A stretch of DNA of 64,000 bases, taken from assembly GCA_037924335.1 (NCBI GenBank), contig JAXSMZ010000004.1:14703-78702 (forward strand), in the 5' to 3' direction. Of the stretch, positions 9,650-17,681 are shown piece by piece (within the stretch, counting starts at the first letter, position 1; every line of letters starts with the position of its first letter). The notes under the pieces were generated by a model. The model had not been told where the DNA came from and made no database searches. It was given only the letters and a program-made list of their open reading frames with translations. Source of the stretch: Aquificaceae bacterium. Lineage in GTDB: Bacteria > Aquificota > Aquificia > Aquificales > Aquificaceae. A program made the translations under genes and the position numbers.

Positions 9650-10379
9650 GTCTTTTTATGTCCAGCATAACACCTACAAAGCAACCTAAAGAGAGGAAAG
9701 GTCCAAAGGGGATGGCAAAGGAAAGACTCTTGTTCTTTATAACTATCGGAAAGGCATACAAAAGCCCAAAGAAAGAACCAAGAAAGACAGCATAAATTAC
9801 TCCCCATACACCTGCTACAGACCCAATGAATGCCATAAGCTTTACATCACCAAAGCCAAGGCCTTCCATCTTTTTAAGCTTTACGTAAAAAAGATAGATG
9901 AGCAAAAAGGGAACACTACCAGAAAGAGCACCGACTAGGCTGTTCCAGAAGCCAAAACTGTCCCTAAGAAAGGAAGTACTCATGCCAAAGACAAGTCCAC
10001 CTAGATTCAAGCTGTCTGGAAGTATGAAAGTGTCCCAGTCTATGAAGGAAAGAACGAGAAGCACAGAAAAGAAAACAAACATAACAAAAAATTCAAAGCT
10101 TAGCTTCCACTTTGCATAACATAGTACCATCAGAAGCCCAGAGAAAGCCTCCACAAAGGGATACCTGATAGGTATACGAGCCGAACAGTCCCTACACCTT
10201 CCCTTGAGTAATATGTAGGAGATTATGGGTATGTTGTCGTACCACCTTATCTTGGAATTGCATACTGGGCAGTGAGAAGGTGGTATTACTATGGATTCTC
10301 TCCTCGGTATTCTGTGGATGAGCACGTTGTAAAAGCTACCAAGCACTGTACCTACTATGAAGAGAAGCAAGTAGTTCAT
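9624..10379 (-). CDS. pilD: Prepilin peptidase (A24 family)
   Basis: GSFYNV, two CxxC pairs, GLGFGDVKL and IPFGPFL. Confidence 0.92.
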   Translation of the reverse strand: MNYLLLFIVGTVLGSFYNVLIHRIPRRESIVIPPSHCPVCNSKIRWYDNIPIISYILLKGRCRDCSARIPIRYPFVEAFSGLLMVLCYAKWKLSFEFFVMFVFFSVLLVLSFIDWDTFILPDSLNLGGLVFGMSTSFLRDSFGFWNSLVGALSGSVPFLLIYLFYVKLKKMEGLGFGDVKLMAFIGSVAGVWGVIYAVFLGSFFGLLYAFPIVIKNKSLSFAIPFGPFLSLGCFVGVMLDIKRLILPSVGL

Positions 10380-12247
10380 AATTTTGAGAACTCTCCCACA
10401 TTTTTCTCGTAAAGAGCTCTTAGATTCTCGCTTCTTTGGGTTATCCAGTTGCTCCTGTAGAGATGAACTACAAAATTTATCTCTGGATTTTTACCACTGA
10501 TAACCTTTATCCCCTTTTCTTCTGAAAGGGTTTTAAGGATCTCATCATGAAGGCCCACATCGTCAAAGGACCAAGGAAGAAACTTCCTGCTTTTCTTTGG
10601 TCCCAGAAGGGTTTGAAAGCTCCCTTCAGTCTCCCCATAAAGGTTCATAGGAAGACTGATTTTGGCAAGCTTGCTAATGCCATCCTCAAAGGGAGAAAAG
10701 ACTATAAAGTTTTCAAGCCTTTGAGCCATCCTCTGCACCTGTTCTAAGTCAAAGCATTCAAGAAGGTCCTCTCCGTAAACTAAAAGGTTTCTTATGCTTC
10801 CCTCATTTACTGCTTCCCATACGCTTCCTATGTCAGAAAGCTTATCACCAAAGACCTTGTAAACTCCAAGAAAGTTGGCTCCTTTATGAAGCAACAAAAC
10901 TCTAAAGCCTTTATCCTGAGACATTTCTCTTATGAACCTTCCAACCTCTTTGGCATTGGATAATCCTGTTGTATTAACGACTATAACACCATTACCCTGA
11001 AGCCTTTTTATGTCTTCAAGCTCTACAGACGATGGCCTTAGCTTGGCATCCCTTTCTACCTTTCCTACCTTGTAGACCCTACCTTTTATGTAATAAGAAA
11101 GGGCTGGGGCTGTTGAAGTTATATCATCACCTACGAGCACATAAAAGTCTGCATCCTTTACTTCGTCTATGTAAACAGGTTCATAATCACCGTATCCATC
11201 AAGAAAAGAAAAGAAGTCTGCTTTCAACGGAGAAGTTACGAAGGCACCCAACTTTGTTGCCATTTGCCTTATCCTGTGGAGCACATCGTTGCTAAGGTAA
11301 GAAGAGAGAACAAAGGCAGTGCTATCTCCTTTGTTTTTTAGCATAGATGATAAGAAGTTGACTATTTGGTCAAGGCTTTCCTCTTTGCCATACATCTGGG
11401 GCTTTAAGAGTCTGTTAGTGTTTAAAACATCGTAGCCAAAAAAGGTCTTAGCGCATATGTTTAGGTCCTCTGTAGGCTTTGTTCTGTAAACCTTTTCCTT
11501 TGACCTCCAGTCTCCAACTCCGTACTCTATCTGGACTTCACACCCAACAGGGCAGACGTTGCAAACAGTAGTTTCTTTTTTGACAAGCCAGCTCCTTGTC
11601 CAAAACTTAAAAGGCTTGGATATTATGGCACCAACGGGACACACATGTACACAAAGCCCACACATCTCGCACATGGATGTGTCCATAGGTCTTACGGTTG
11701 GGACTATGTTGGCTTGAAAGCCCCTCTCTTCCACGTAAAGAGCATGGGCACCGTTTATATCGTCACACACCCTTGTGCATCTGTAACAGACAACACATCT
11801 GTTGGAGTAATACTCAAGAAAGTCGCTCTCCCAATCCAGAAAGTGCCTTTCCTTTTGCAGGGCAGATACGGGAACTATCTGTTTCTGTGGTCCAAAGATG
11901 GCTCCGTAGTTTTGAAGGTCACATTCTCCAGCCTTATCGCATATGGGACAGTCCAAAGGATGCCTTGTCATAAAGGCCTGTAAGAGATACCTTTGATTGT
12001 CCTTCACCAAAGGATGCTCAGTGGATATAACCATCCCATCCTCTACCTTTGTGTTGCAGGAGGTGATAAGCCTTCCCATCTTCTCGTTGTACACTATGCA
12101 CATTCTACAGGCACCTATTATCTTGAGCTTGGGGTGATAACAAAAGTAGGGAATGTTTATACCGTTCTCCAGAGCAACCTGAAGGATAGTTTTGCCCTTT
12201 TGGGCTTCTATCTCTTTACCATCTATAAAAATTTTTACCTTCTCCAT
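10376..12247 (-). CDS. nuoG: NADH-quinone oxidoreductase subunit G-like protein
   Basis: IPYFCYHP, GACRMC, HPLDCPICDKAGECDLQ, CVVCYRC and CEMCGLCVHVCP. Confidence 0.85.
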   Translation of the reverse strand: MEKVKIFIDGKEIEAQKGKTILQVALENGINIPYFCYHPKLKIIGACRMCIVYNEKMGRLITSCNTKVEDGMVISTEHPLVKDNQRYLLQAFMTRHPLDCPICDKAGECDLQNYGAIFGPQKQIVPVSALQKERHFLDWESDFLEYYSNRCVVCYRCTRVCDDINGAHALYVEERGFQANIVPTVRPMDTSMCEMCGLCVHVCPVGAIISKPFKFWTRSWLVKKETTVCNVCPVGCEVQIEYGVGDWRSKEKVYRTKPTEDLNICAKTFFGYDVLNTNRLLKPQMYGKEESLDQIVNFLSSMLKNKGDSTAFVLSSYLSNDVLHRIRQMATKLGAFVTSPLKADFFSFLDGYGDYEPVYIDEVKDADFYVLVGDDITSTAPALSYYIKGRVYKVGKVERDAKLRPSSVELEDIKRLQGNGVIVVNTTGLSNAKEVGRFIREMSQDKGFRVLLLHKGANFLGVYKVFGDKLSDIGSVWEAVNEGSIRNLLVYGEDLLECFDLEQVQRMAQRLENFIVFSPFEDGISKLAKISLPMNLYGETEGSFQTLLGPKKSRKFLPWSFDDVGLHDEILKTLSEEKGIKVISGKNPEINFVVHLYRSNWITQRSENLRALYEKNVGEFSKL

Positions 12248-12285
12248 AGTTTAGAAATTATATACTTGTTTTTGCTTGCAAGCCT

Positions 12286-12364
12286 GTGAACTACTCCATC
12301 TATAAGATGGAGCTTCTTGTGGAGTTTGTAGATTTACCCACCCTATTCCACAATATGGCAAAAG
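12286..12364 (-). mobile_element. Isolated IS200/IS605 right end (omegaRNA 3' fragment)
   Basis: Minus strand reads GAAG-CTCCATCT-TAT-AGATGGAG-TAGT-TCAC: guide tetranucleotide, perfect hairpin and cleavage tetranucleotide. Confidence 0.65.
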
Positions 12365-12826
12365 CTAAGGACCTCGTTTGAATTGCTGGGTATACCCGAG
12401 AGGATGTAATATCTCCCCCCTCGCTACACTCACCGCAAGTGTGTAGAGCCGGTCATTGGAGAGCAAAAGCTCCTGTCCGTTCATCTCCATAAAGTATTCA
12501 AACACGACTACCGCAGTCCTTTTGTTGCCATCAACAAAGGGGTGGTTTTGTATGAGCTTTGAAAAGAGAGTAAAGCCAAGAGAGAAAAGGTCTCTTTCGC
12601 CTTCGTATTCCTTTTTGTTAACCGCAGAAGCTATGGCGGACTCCAGGAGGTTCCTGTCCCTTACTCCAAAAACTCCCTTATGCTCTTGCATTATGAGCCT
12701 GTTAATCTCCACCACCTCCTCGCCAGTGGGCAGTATAAGGTCCTTTTCTGAGAGCTTTAGAAGAAGGTCTTTCCTGCGGTCAAGAATAGCTTCAACCCTT
12801 CTATAAAAAAGCGGACTAAACTCCAT
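12365..12826 (-). CDS. doc: Doc (death-on-curing)/Fic family toxin
   Basis: GVRDRNLLESA and the Doc-type motif HPFVDGNKRTA. Confidence 0.88.
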   Translation of the reverse strand: MEFSPLFYRRVEAILDRRKDLLLKLSEKDLILPTGEEVVEINRLIMQEHKGVFGVRDRNLLESAIASAVNKKEYEGERDLFSLGFTLFSKLIQNHPFVDGNKRTAVVVFEYFMEMNGQELLLSNDRLYTLAVSVARGEILHPLGYTQQFKRGP

Positions 12827-12849
12827 AGTTTAAAATATAAGCCATGAGG

Positions 12850-12923
12850 GTCAACTACTCCCTAATGAATTAGGGAGCTTGCCCCTCTTGGGGGCATGAG
12901 GCTGGTTGACTGCAGCCCTTTAC
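12850..12923 (-). mobile_element. 3' end of a TnpB element (omegaRNA/right end), interrupted by a mini-element
   Basis: Minus strand encodes RAAVNQP (a typical TnpB C-terminus), then CAAG-CTCCCTAAT-TC-ATTAGGGAG-TAGT-TGAC. Confidence 0.65.
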
Positions 12924-13093
12924 GAAACCTCCACAAGAAGGCTCTCCTTTTCAAAGGAGAGATGAATTGTGGTAAAATAATAATACATAAACCTGTCTGG
13001 CATAGGCAGTAATCTATGCCCTACCGTTGGACTGACGGGAAGTTATGCCCTGAGGAAGGGAAGCTCCTCACTTCAGTGAGGAGAGGAAGTCAC
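12924..13093 (+). mobile_element. ORF-less IS200/IS605 mini-element (MITE), copy 1
   Basis: Follows TTAC (12920-12923); left hairpin CTCTCC...GGAGAG; right end GAAG-hairpin-TCAC; near-identical to the reverse complement of 40029-40199. Confidence 0.85.
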
Positions 13094-13150
13094 GAGGTGA
13101 ATCAATTATCAGGATTATACTTAGCCTGAAAATGCATGACATATATCATA

Positions 13151-13198
13151 TTGACATTGGTTCTCACTTCAATAAAATATTGAAACCGAATTTCAATA
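13151..13198 (+). promoter_or_regulatory. Sigma70 promoter with an overlapping Fur/Zur-like palindromic operator
   Basis: TTGACA (13151)-N16-TAAAAT (13173); perfect palindrome TATTGAAA-N5-TTTCAATA at 13178-13198. Confidence 0.6.
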
Positions 13199-13211
13199 AA
13201 GGAGGTATAAG

Positions 13212-14567
13212 ATGAGAAAGGTCCTTCTGACAGCTTTGTTTTCCAGTATGGCTTTTGCACAGACAACTGATGAAAAGATTCAAGAGCTTGAAAAGCAGAT
13301 AAGGATGCTCCAGCAAGAAGTACAGAAGCTAAAGGAAGAACAGAAGAAGGCAGAGGAGACAAAGCAGGAGACAGAAGTCCTAAAGGAGGAGATAAGAAAG
13401 CTCAGGCTTGAGATTGCCATGCCACAGCTTGAGATTAAATCCTACTCTGGATTAGGTCCCGCAGCCTCCAAGGTGCACTTTAATCCAAGGGGTGTGTCCA
13501 TCGGTGGTTATGGTGAGATACATTTTACGTACAATCCAGATAAGCGACCCAAGAGTACTGTAGATGCAAAAAGGCTAGTTCTTTACCTTGGTTATGCTTT
13601 TGATGAAAAGCTAAAGTTTAATTCAGAAATAGAATGGGCTCATGCCTTCGTGGAGGGTGCTGAAGAGAGCGGTGAGGTTGAAGTAGAGTTTGCCTATCTT
13701 GATTACAATTTTAACGAAAGATTTGGATTAAGGGGTGGTCTTCTCCTCATTCCTGTTGGCATAATAAATGAGTATCATGAGCCTCCAACCTTTCCAAGTG
13801 TGGATAGGCCATATGTAGAAAGGAACATAATTCCAACAACCTTTAGAGAGTTGGGTTTTGGGGCTTATGGCAAAATTGGAAATTTTGAATATAGAGCTTA
13901 TATTACCAACGGCTTAAAGCCTAACGAAGAAGCAGGAGAGAAGGTAGAAAAGGGAGAACTGCTTGGCGGCTTTAAGCAAAAGGGTTTTAAAGCTGCTGCA
14001 GACCAAGTAGCCTTTACAGGTAGAATAGGTATTAACCTGCCATATAACATAAAGGTGGGTGGGAGCACATTTATAGGAGGGGTTCAAAACGATGAAGGTA
14101 AAAGACTTGGCACTGTCAGCCTCTTTTCTCCACATCTTTGGTGGCAGTACAGTGGTTGGGACATAAGGGCGGTGGGGGTATACGGAAGCACATCGGATGC
14201 TCAAAAGATATCATTAGCCGTAAGTCAAGACCCTGCATGCACATATCTTGGCGACCTCTCAAAATGTACAACGTTTCCAAAAAGGTTCTACGGATTTTAT
14301 ACTCAAGTGGCTTACGATATTTTTAGACTTTTTAAAACTAGTGACCAGGAGCTTTATGTCTTTGGTATATATGAAAACTATAATACTCATTCAAGTGTGC
14401 CAGAAGGCTTTGAAAAACCTACAGGCTCAAAGGTGCAAGTCTTTAACCTTGGACTATCTTATAAACCCCATCCCTTAGTGGCTTTAAAGGCTGATTATGT
14501 GAGGTTTGAGCCAAAAAGTGCCAAAAAACAAAACATATACAGAGCTGCCATATCTTGGATGTTTTAG
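13212..14567 (+). CDS. Outer-membrane porin with an N-terminal coiled coil
   Basis: Signal peptide, coiled coil, GGYGE...FNSEIE, amphipathic beta strands, terminal Phe. Confidence 0.75.
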   Translation: MRKVLLTALFSSMAFAQTTDEKIQELEKQIRMLQQEVQKLKEEQKKAEETKQETEVLKEEIRKLRLEIAMPQLEIKSYSGLGPAASKVHFNPRGVSIGGYGEIHFTYNPDKRPKSTVDAKRLVLYLGYAFDEKLKFNSEIEWAHAFVEGAEESGEVEVEFAYLDYNFNERFGLRGGLLLIPVGIINEYHEPPTFPSVDRPYVERNIIPTTFRELGFGAYGKIGNFEYRAYITNGLKPNEEAGEKVEKGELLGGFKQKGFKAAADQVAFTGRIGINLPYNIKVGGSTFIGGVQNDEGKRLGTVSLFSPHLWWQYSGWDIRAVGVYGSTSDAQKISLAVSQDPACTYLGDLSKCTTFPKRFYGFYTQVAYDIFRLFKTSDQELYVFGIYENYNTHSSVPEGFEKPTGSKVQVFNLGLSYKPHPLVALKADYVRFEPKSAKKQNIYRAAISWMF

Positions 14568-14579
14568 GGAGGTATAACT

Positions 14580-16205
14580 ATGAGAAGATGGCTCTTTCTC
14601 CTACCCTTTTTTATCTTTTCCTGTGGTGGAGGAGGGGGAGAGGTTCAAAAAGATGAGTTTGCCAACCCAGAGCCTAACATACCCCTTGAGTGCTATACAG
14701 ATACAGGAATAGTAAGATATGGTAAAGCTATAGCAAACCCATGCTATGTTTGCCACACAAAAGCAAACACTCCCTATGCTAACGAAGTGGATGACTTTAA
14801 CCTAACCTTTGTTTATGACTTTCCAGAGAGAATACTAAAAATAGGAAACCCTTGGCTAAATACCATAAGACCAGACCTTACAATAGGTAGTATACCAATA
14901 CCAACAGATACAGAAATCACTGTATGGATAAGGCAAGATAACTGGACCCCCGCCTATCAAAACAGAGGGAAAGGGGATATGGAATATTTTCCCGATGTGC
15001 CACCCCTTTATTCTTATAGTAATGGAACTTACAAGCTTGTAAATATAGATACTGAAGGCTTTGTAGGAAACACGGGCTGGAGAGTTTTCAAATGGAAACC
15101 TTTTCCGGGATTTTTCCCCACCAACGGAAGGATAGACTCTACCTTAATAAGACTTCCAGAGCCTTTTAGAAAACAAAATGGAATCTCCGATAGGCAGGTT
15201 TATAAGAAAAACCTGGCCATTGTGGAGTGTGCAGTAAAAGGAGTAGAGCCTGGAGAAATGTGTAAAGGGACAGAAGTAGGAGACTTTATTATGCCAAGCT
15301 ATTATGAGGGAGATGCTAGCAATGTGCCCGTAATTACATACCAATATCCACCAGGCACAGAGTTTGCCCACCCTCTTTATTACTTGGATCCAGCAAACAC
15401 CATATCATACAAGGCCTTAAGGCTTAAAGAGATGAGGTATATGAAAAAGATAGCCTACGCACAAGAACAAACCAACGGTGAAGAGGAGGAAGAAGGATTT
15501 TTCTACGATAGGGGGCTTGTATTCAACGACAGCAAAAACTGGTTGATGGCTGGTTTTATAGAGGACAGGGATGGAAAGCTAAGACCTCAGACTGCTGAAG
15601 AGATGAAGTTCTGCATAGCTTGCCATGGAGGTATAGGTGGGACCGTGGATGGAACCTTTACCTACTGGAGAAAGGTGCCAGGGGCTGGTGGATGGATGGA
15701 GCAGGACTACAATCTTACGGTAAAGAACATAAGGGATTGGAACTACAGTTCCTTTGAAGGAAGCATGGGAGAAGAGACTAATAAGGTCATATCCTATGTA
15801 AAAGGCGAGTACCAGCTTTACTTTTCCATGACCAACGGTGGAGACCACTTTAGAAGCAACTATGAGATAAGGTCAAGGATAAGCAAAGATCCTAACAAAA
15901 TATCCTTTCTATTGTCTCCTCAAGACAACATACTTAACAACCCATCCCTTATAAACTACCTTGATGCCCAAGGCTACATAAAACCAGAACTCTTTTTACC
16001 ATCTCCAGAGAGAGCCCTAGGGATAGATAAACAGTACTACAGAATAGTTAAGGCTCAGGCATTTAAGTTTGGTAGAGATGTTTTTGAAGGCCCCTTTGGT
16101 CTATCCTCAGGTGGAAACTCTTTGGAAAAGGATATTCCAAAAGAGACTGGTATAGGTCTATCAAGTATATGGATGGTCATAAAAACCTTTTTGTTTTTGG
16201 AGTAA
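14580..16205 (+). CDS. Uncharacterised lipoprotein with two c-type heme motifs
   Basis: Lipobox FIFS-C followed by GGGGG; CYVCH and CIACH. Confidence 0.7.
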   Translation: MRRWLFLLPFFIFSCGGGGGEVQKDEFANPEPNIPLECYTDTGIVRYGKAIANPCYVCHTKANTPYANEVDDFNLTFVYDFPERILKIGNPWLNTIRPDLTIGSIPIPTDTEITVWIRQDNWTPAYQNRGKGDMEYFPDVPPLYSYSNGTYKLVNIDTEGFVGNTGWRVFKWKPFPGFFPTNGRIDSTLIRLPEPFRKQNGISDRQVYKKNLAIVECAVKGVEPGEMCKGTEVGDFIMPSYYEGDASNVPVITYQYPPGTEFAHPLYYLDPANTISYKALRLKEMRYMKKIAYAQEQTNGEEEEEGFFYDRGLVFNDSKNWLMAGFIEDRDGKLRPQTAEEMKFCIACHGGIGGTVDGTFTYWRKVPGAGGWMEQDYNLTVKNIRDWNYSSFEGSMGEETNKVISYVKGEYQLYFSMTNGGDHFRSNYEIRSRISKDPNKISFLLSPQDNILNNPSLINYLDAQGYIKPELFLPSPERALGIDKQYYRIVKAQAFKFGRDVFEGPFGLSSGGNSLEKDIPKETGIGLSSIWMVIKTFLFLE

Positions 16206-16211
16206 AATATA

Positions 16212-16763
16212 ATGAGAGTGTGTAGGTGGTGCCTTTTTTTGAGTTTTTTTGTTTGTCTGCTTTCCTTTGGAGTAGAAAGCTCCGCAAGAGACTTTAAGAC
16301 CCCAGAAAGAGCAATAAAGGATGTTTTTCCAGGCGCACAGGTAGAGATAAAAAATCTGATCCTCTCTAATGAGCAGAAGGAAAGTATAGAAAAGCTCTCT
16401 GGCACTAAAATGGACACAAGGCTTGTATCGTGGTACATAGCTAAAAGAGATGGTAGAGTAGTGGGCTACGCTTACATAGATACGCATACAGTGAGAACTC
16501 ATCCAGAGGTAGTGCTTTATGCCATAAATCCATCGGGTGGTATAGAAGTTATAGAGGTTCTGTCTTTCAACGAACCTCTTGAATATATGCCTGATGAGAA
16601 TTGGCTTAGGCTCTTTAAGGGTAAGGTTTTCACAGGTGAAAACTTTATTCTCAGGAGGGATATCCCAAACATAAGCGGGGCAACCCTTACATCCAGAGCC
16701 ATAACAAACAATACCAGAAAGGTGCTTGCCATGTGGAAGGTACTTTTTGGAGGCAAAAAATGA
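16212..16763 (+). CDS. Exported FMN-binding domain protein
   Basis: Signal peptide and the ISGATLTS flavinylation-type motif. Confidence 0.8.
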   Translation: MRVCRWCLFLSFFVCLLSFGVESSARDFKTPERAIKDVFPGAQVEIKNLILSNEQKESIEKLSGTKMDTRLVSWYIAKRDGRVVGYAYIDTHTVRTHPEVVLYAINPSGGIEVIEVLSFNEPLEYMPDENWLRLFKGKVFTGENFILRRDIPNISGATLTSRAITNNTRKVLAMWKVLFGGKK

Positions 16764-17671
16764 GATTTTTTGTATCGGGCAATATAAAGGAAAACAGACC
16801 CCTTTATTACCTCGTAGTTTTATTTCTGTTCTTTTCTTTTCTCTACTGGTTTGGCTCTTGGTTTTATTTTCATAGCAGGTATGGTTTTAGCTACTCATCC
16901 GCTTTCAAGTACTTCTTTGGAGACCCATCCTTCCCCGAGAAGGTTTCCTTATCCCAGGTTTTTCAGGACATGCACATAGACCTTTTTATGTACTCTTTTT
17001 TTCTTCTTGTGGTCTTCTCCCTCTTTCTTCTTACTTCTTACTCTAACACGCTTAAGGTTTCTCTCATAGTGCTTACTTTCCTATCCCTTCTTGTCTTTCT
17101 TACGTCAGACTTGGCCATAATCTTTTTGACACCGTGGATCATATACCTTAAGCTCTTTTCCTTCTTCATCTTTCAGGCTTTGGTCGGTTTTCTTCTTTTT
17201 TTTACTTCTCTTTTTTTCCTCTCTGGTGGAGAGGACAAGGGACCGGGGTCTTCAAACATAAGGCTTACTTTATTTATGTTTTCTATCTTCTTGCTTCTTT
17301 TTACCTTTTTTAACTTCTTTCTTTTCTTTTTCAAAATGGGATTTAGTCTTCAAAGCTTAAAAGATTACTACCTTGGAAACCCAAACCTTTTCACAAAGCC
17401 AAAGACCTTTGAGGGCCTCTTTAAAATCTTTTACCCCCACCTTATTTCCATGGCCCTTTTATCCTTTACTGCGGCACACCTTCTGCCTAAGTGGAGACTT
17501 GCGGTCGGTTTGGGTCTTTTCTTTCTTTCCTTTTTTGATAACCTGTTGGGTTTTTTGATAAGGTTTGTCTCTCCTTATTTTGCTGTGTTTAAACTCTTTT
17601 CCTTTCTGTCCCTTGAGCTATTTCTTCTTTATTCTTGCTATGTTCTTCTTTTGAGCTCAAGGAATGGTTAG
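16760..17671 (+). CDS. Uncharacterised polytopic membrane protein with an internal two-fold repeat
   Basis: Phe/Leu-rich TM segments; YFFGDPSF..K...H versus YYLGNPNLF.K...H; ATGA overlap with the upstream gene. Confidence 0.7.
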   Translation: MRFFVSGNIKENRPLYYLVVLFLFFSFLYWFGSWFYFHSRYGFSYSSAFKYFFGDPSFPEKVSLSQVFQDMHIDLFMYSFFLLVVFSLFLLTSYSNTLKVSLIVLTFLSLLVFLTSDLAIIFLTPWIIYLKLFSFFIFQALVGFLLFFTSLFFLSGGEDKGPGSSNIRLTLFMFSIFLLLFTFFNFFLFFFKMGFSLQSLKDYYLGNPNLFTKPKTFEGLFKIFYPHLISMALLSFTAAHLLPKWRLAVGLGLFFLSFFDNLLGFLIRFVSPYFAVFKLFSFLSLELFLLYSCYVLLLSSRNG

Positions 17672-17681
17672 GCAATGACCC

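Noticed and set aside
13102..13362. Short antisense or alternate-frame ORFs, here and throughout (e.g. 36524-36958, 45194-45715, 59809-60261)
   Set aside because: They are shadows of well-supported genes, with no motifs or RBS
15225..15270. GVEPG..C peptide shared by the di-heme lipoprotein and the encapsulin
   Set aside because: The match is too short and the contexts unrelated; likely chance
16760..17671. Very T-rich stretch as a repeat or non-coding DNA
   Set aside because: It is explained by Phe/Leu/Ser codons of a membrane protein
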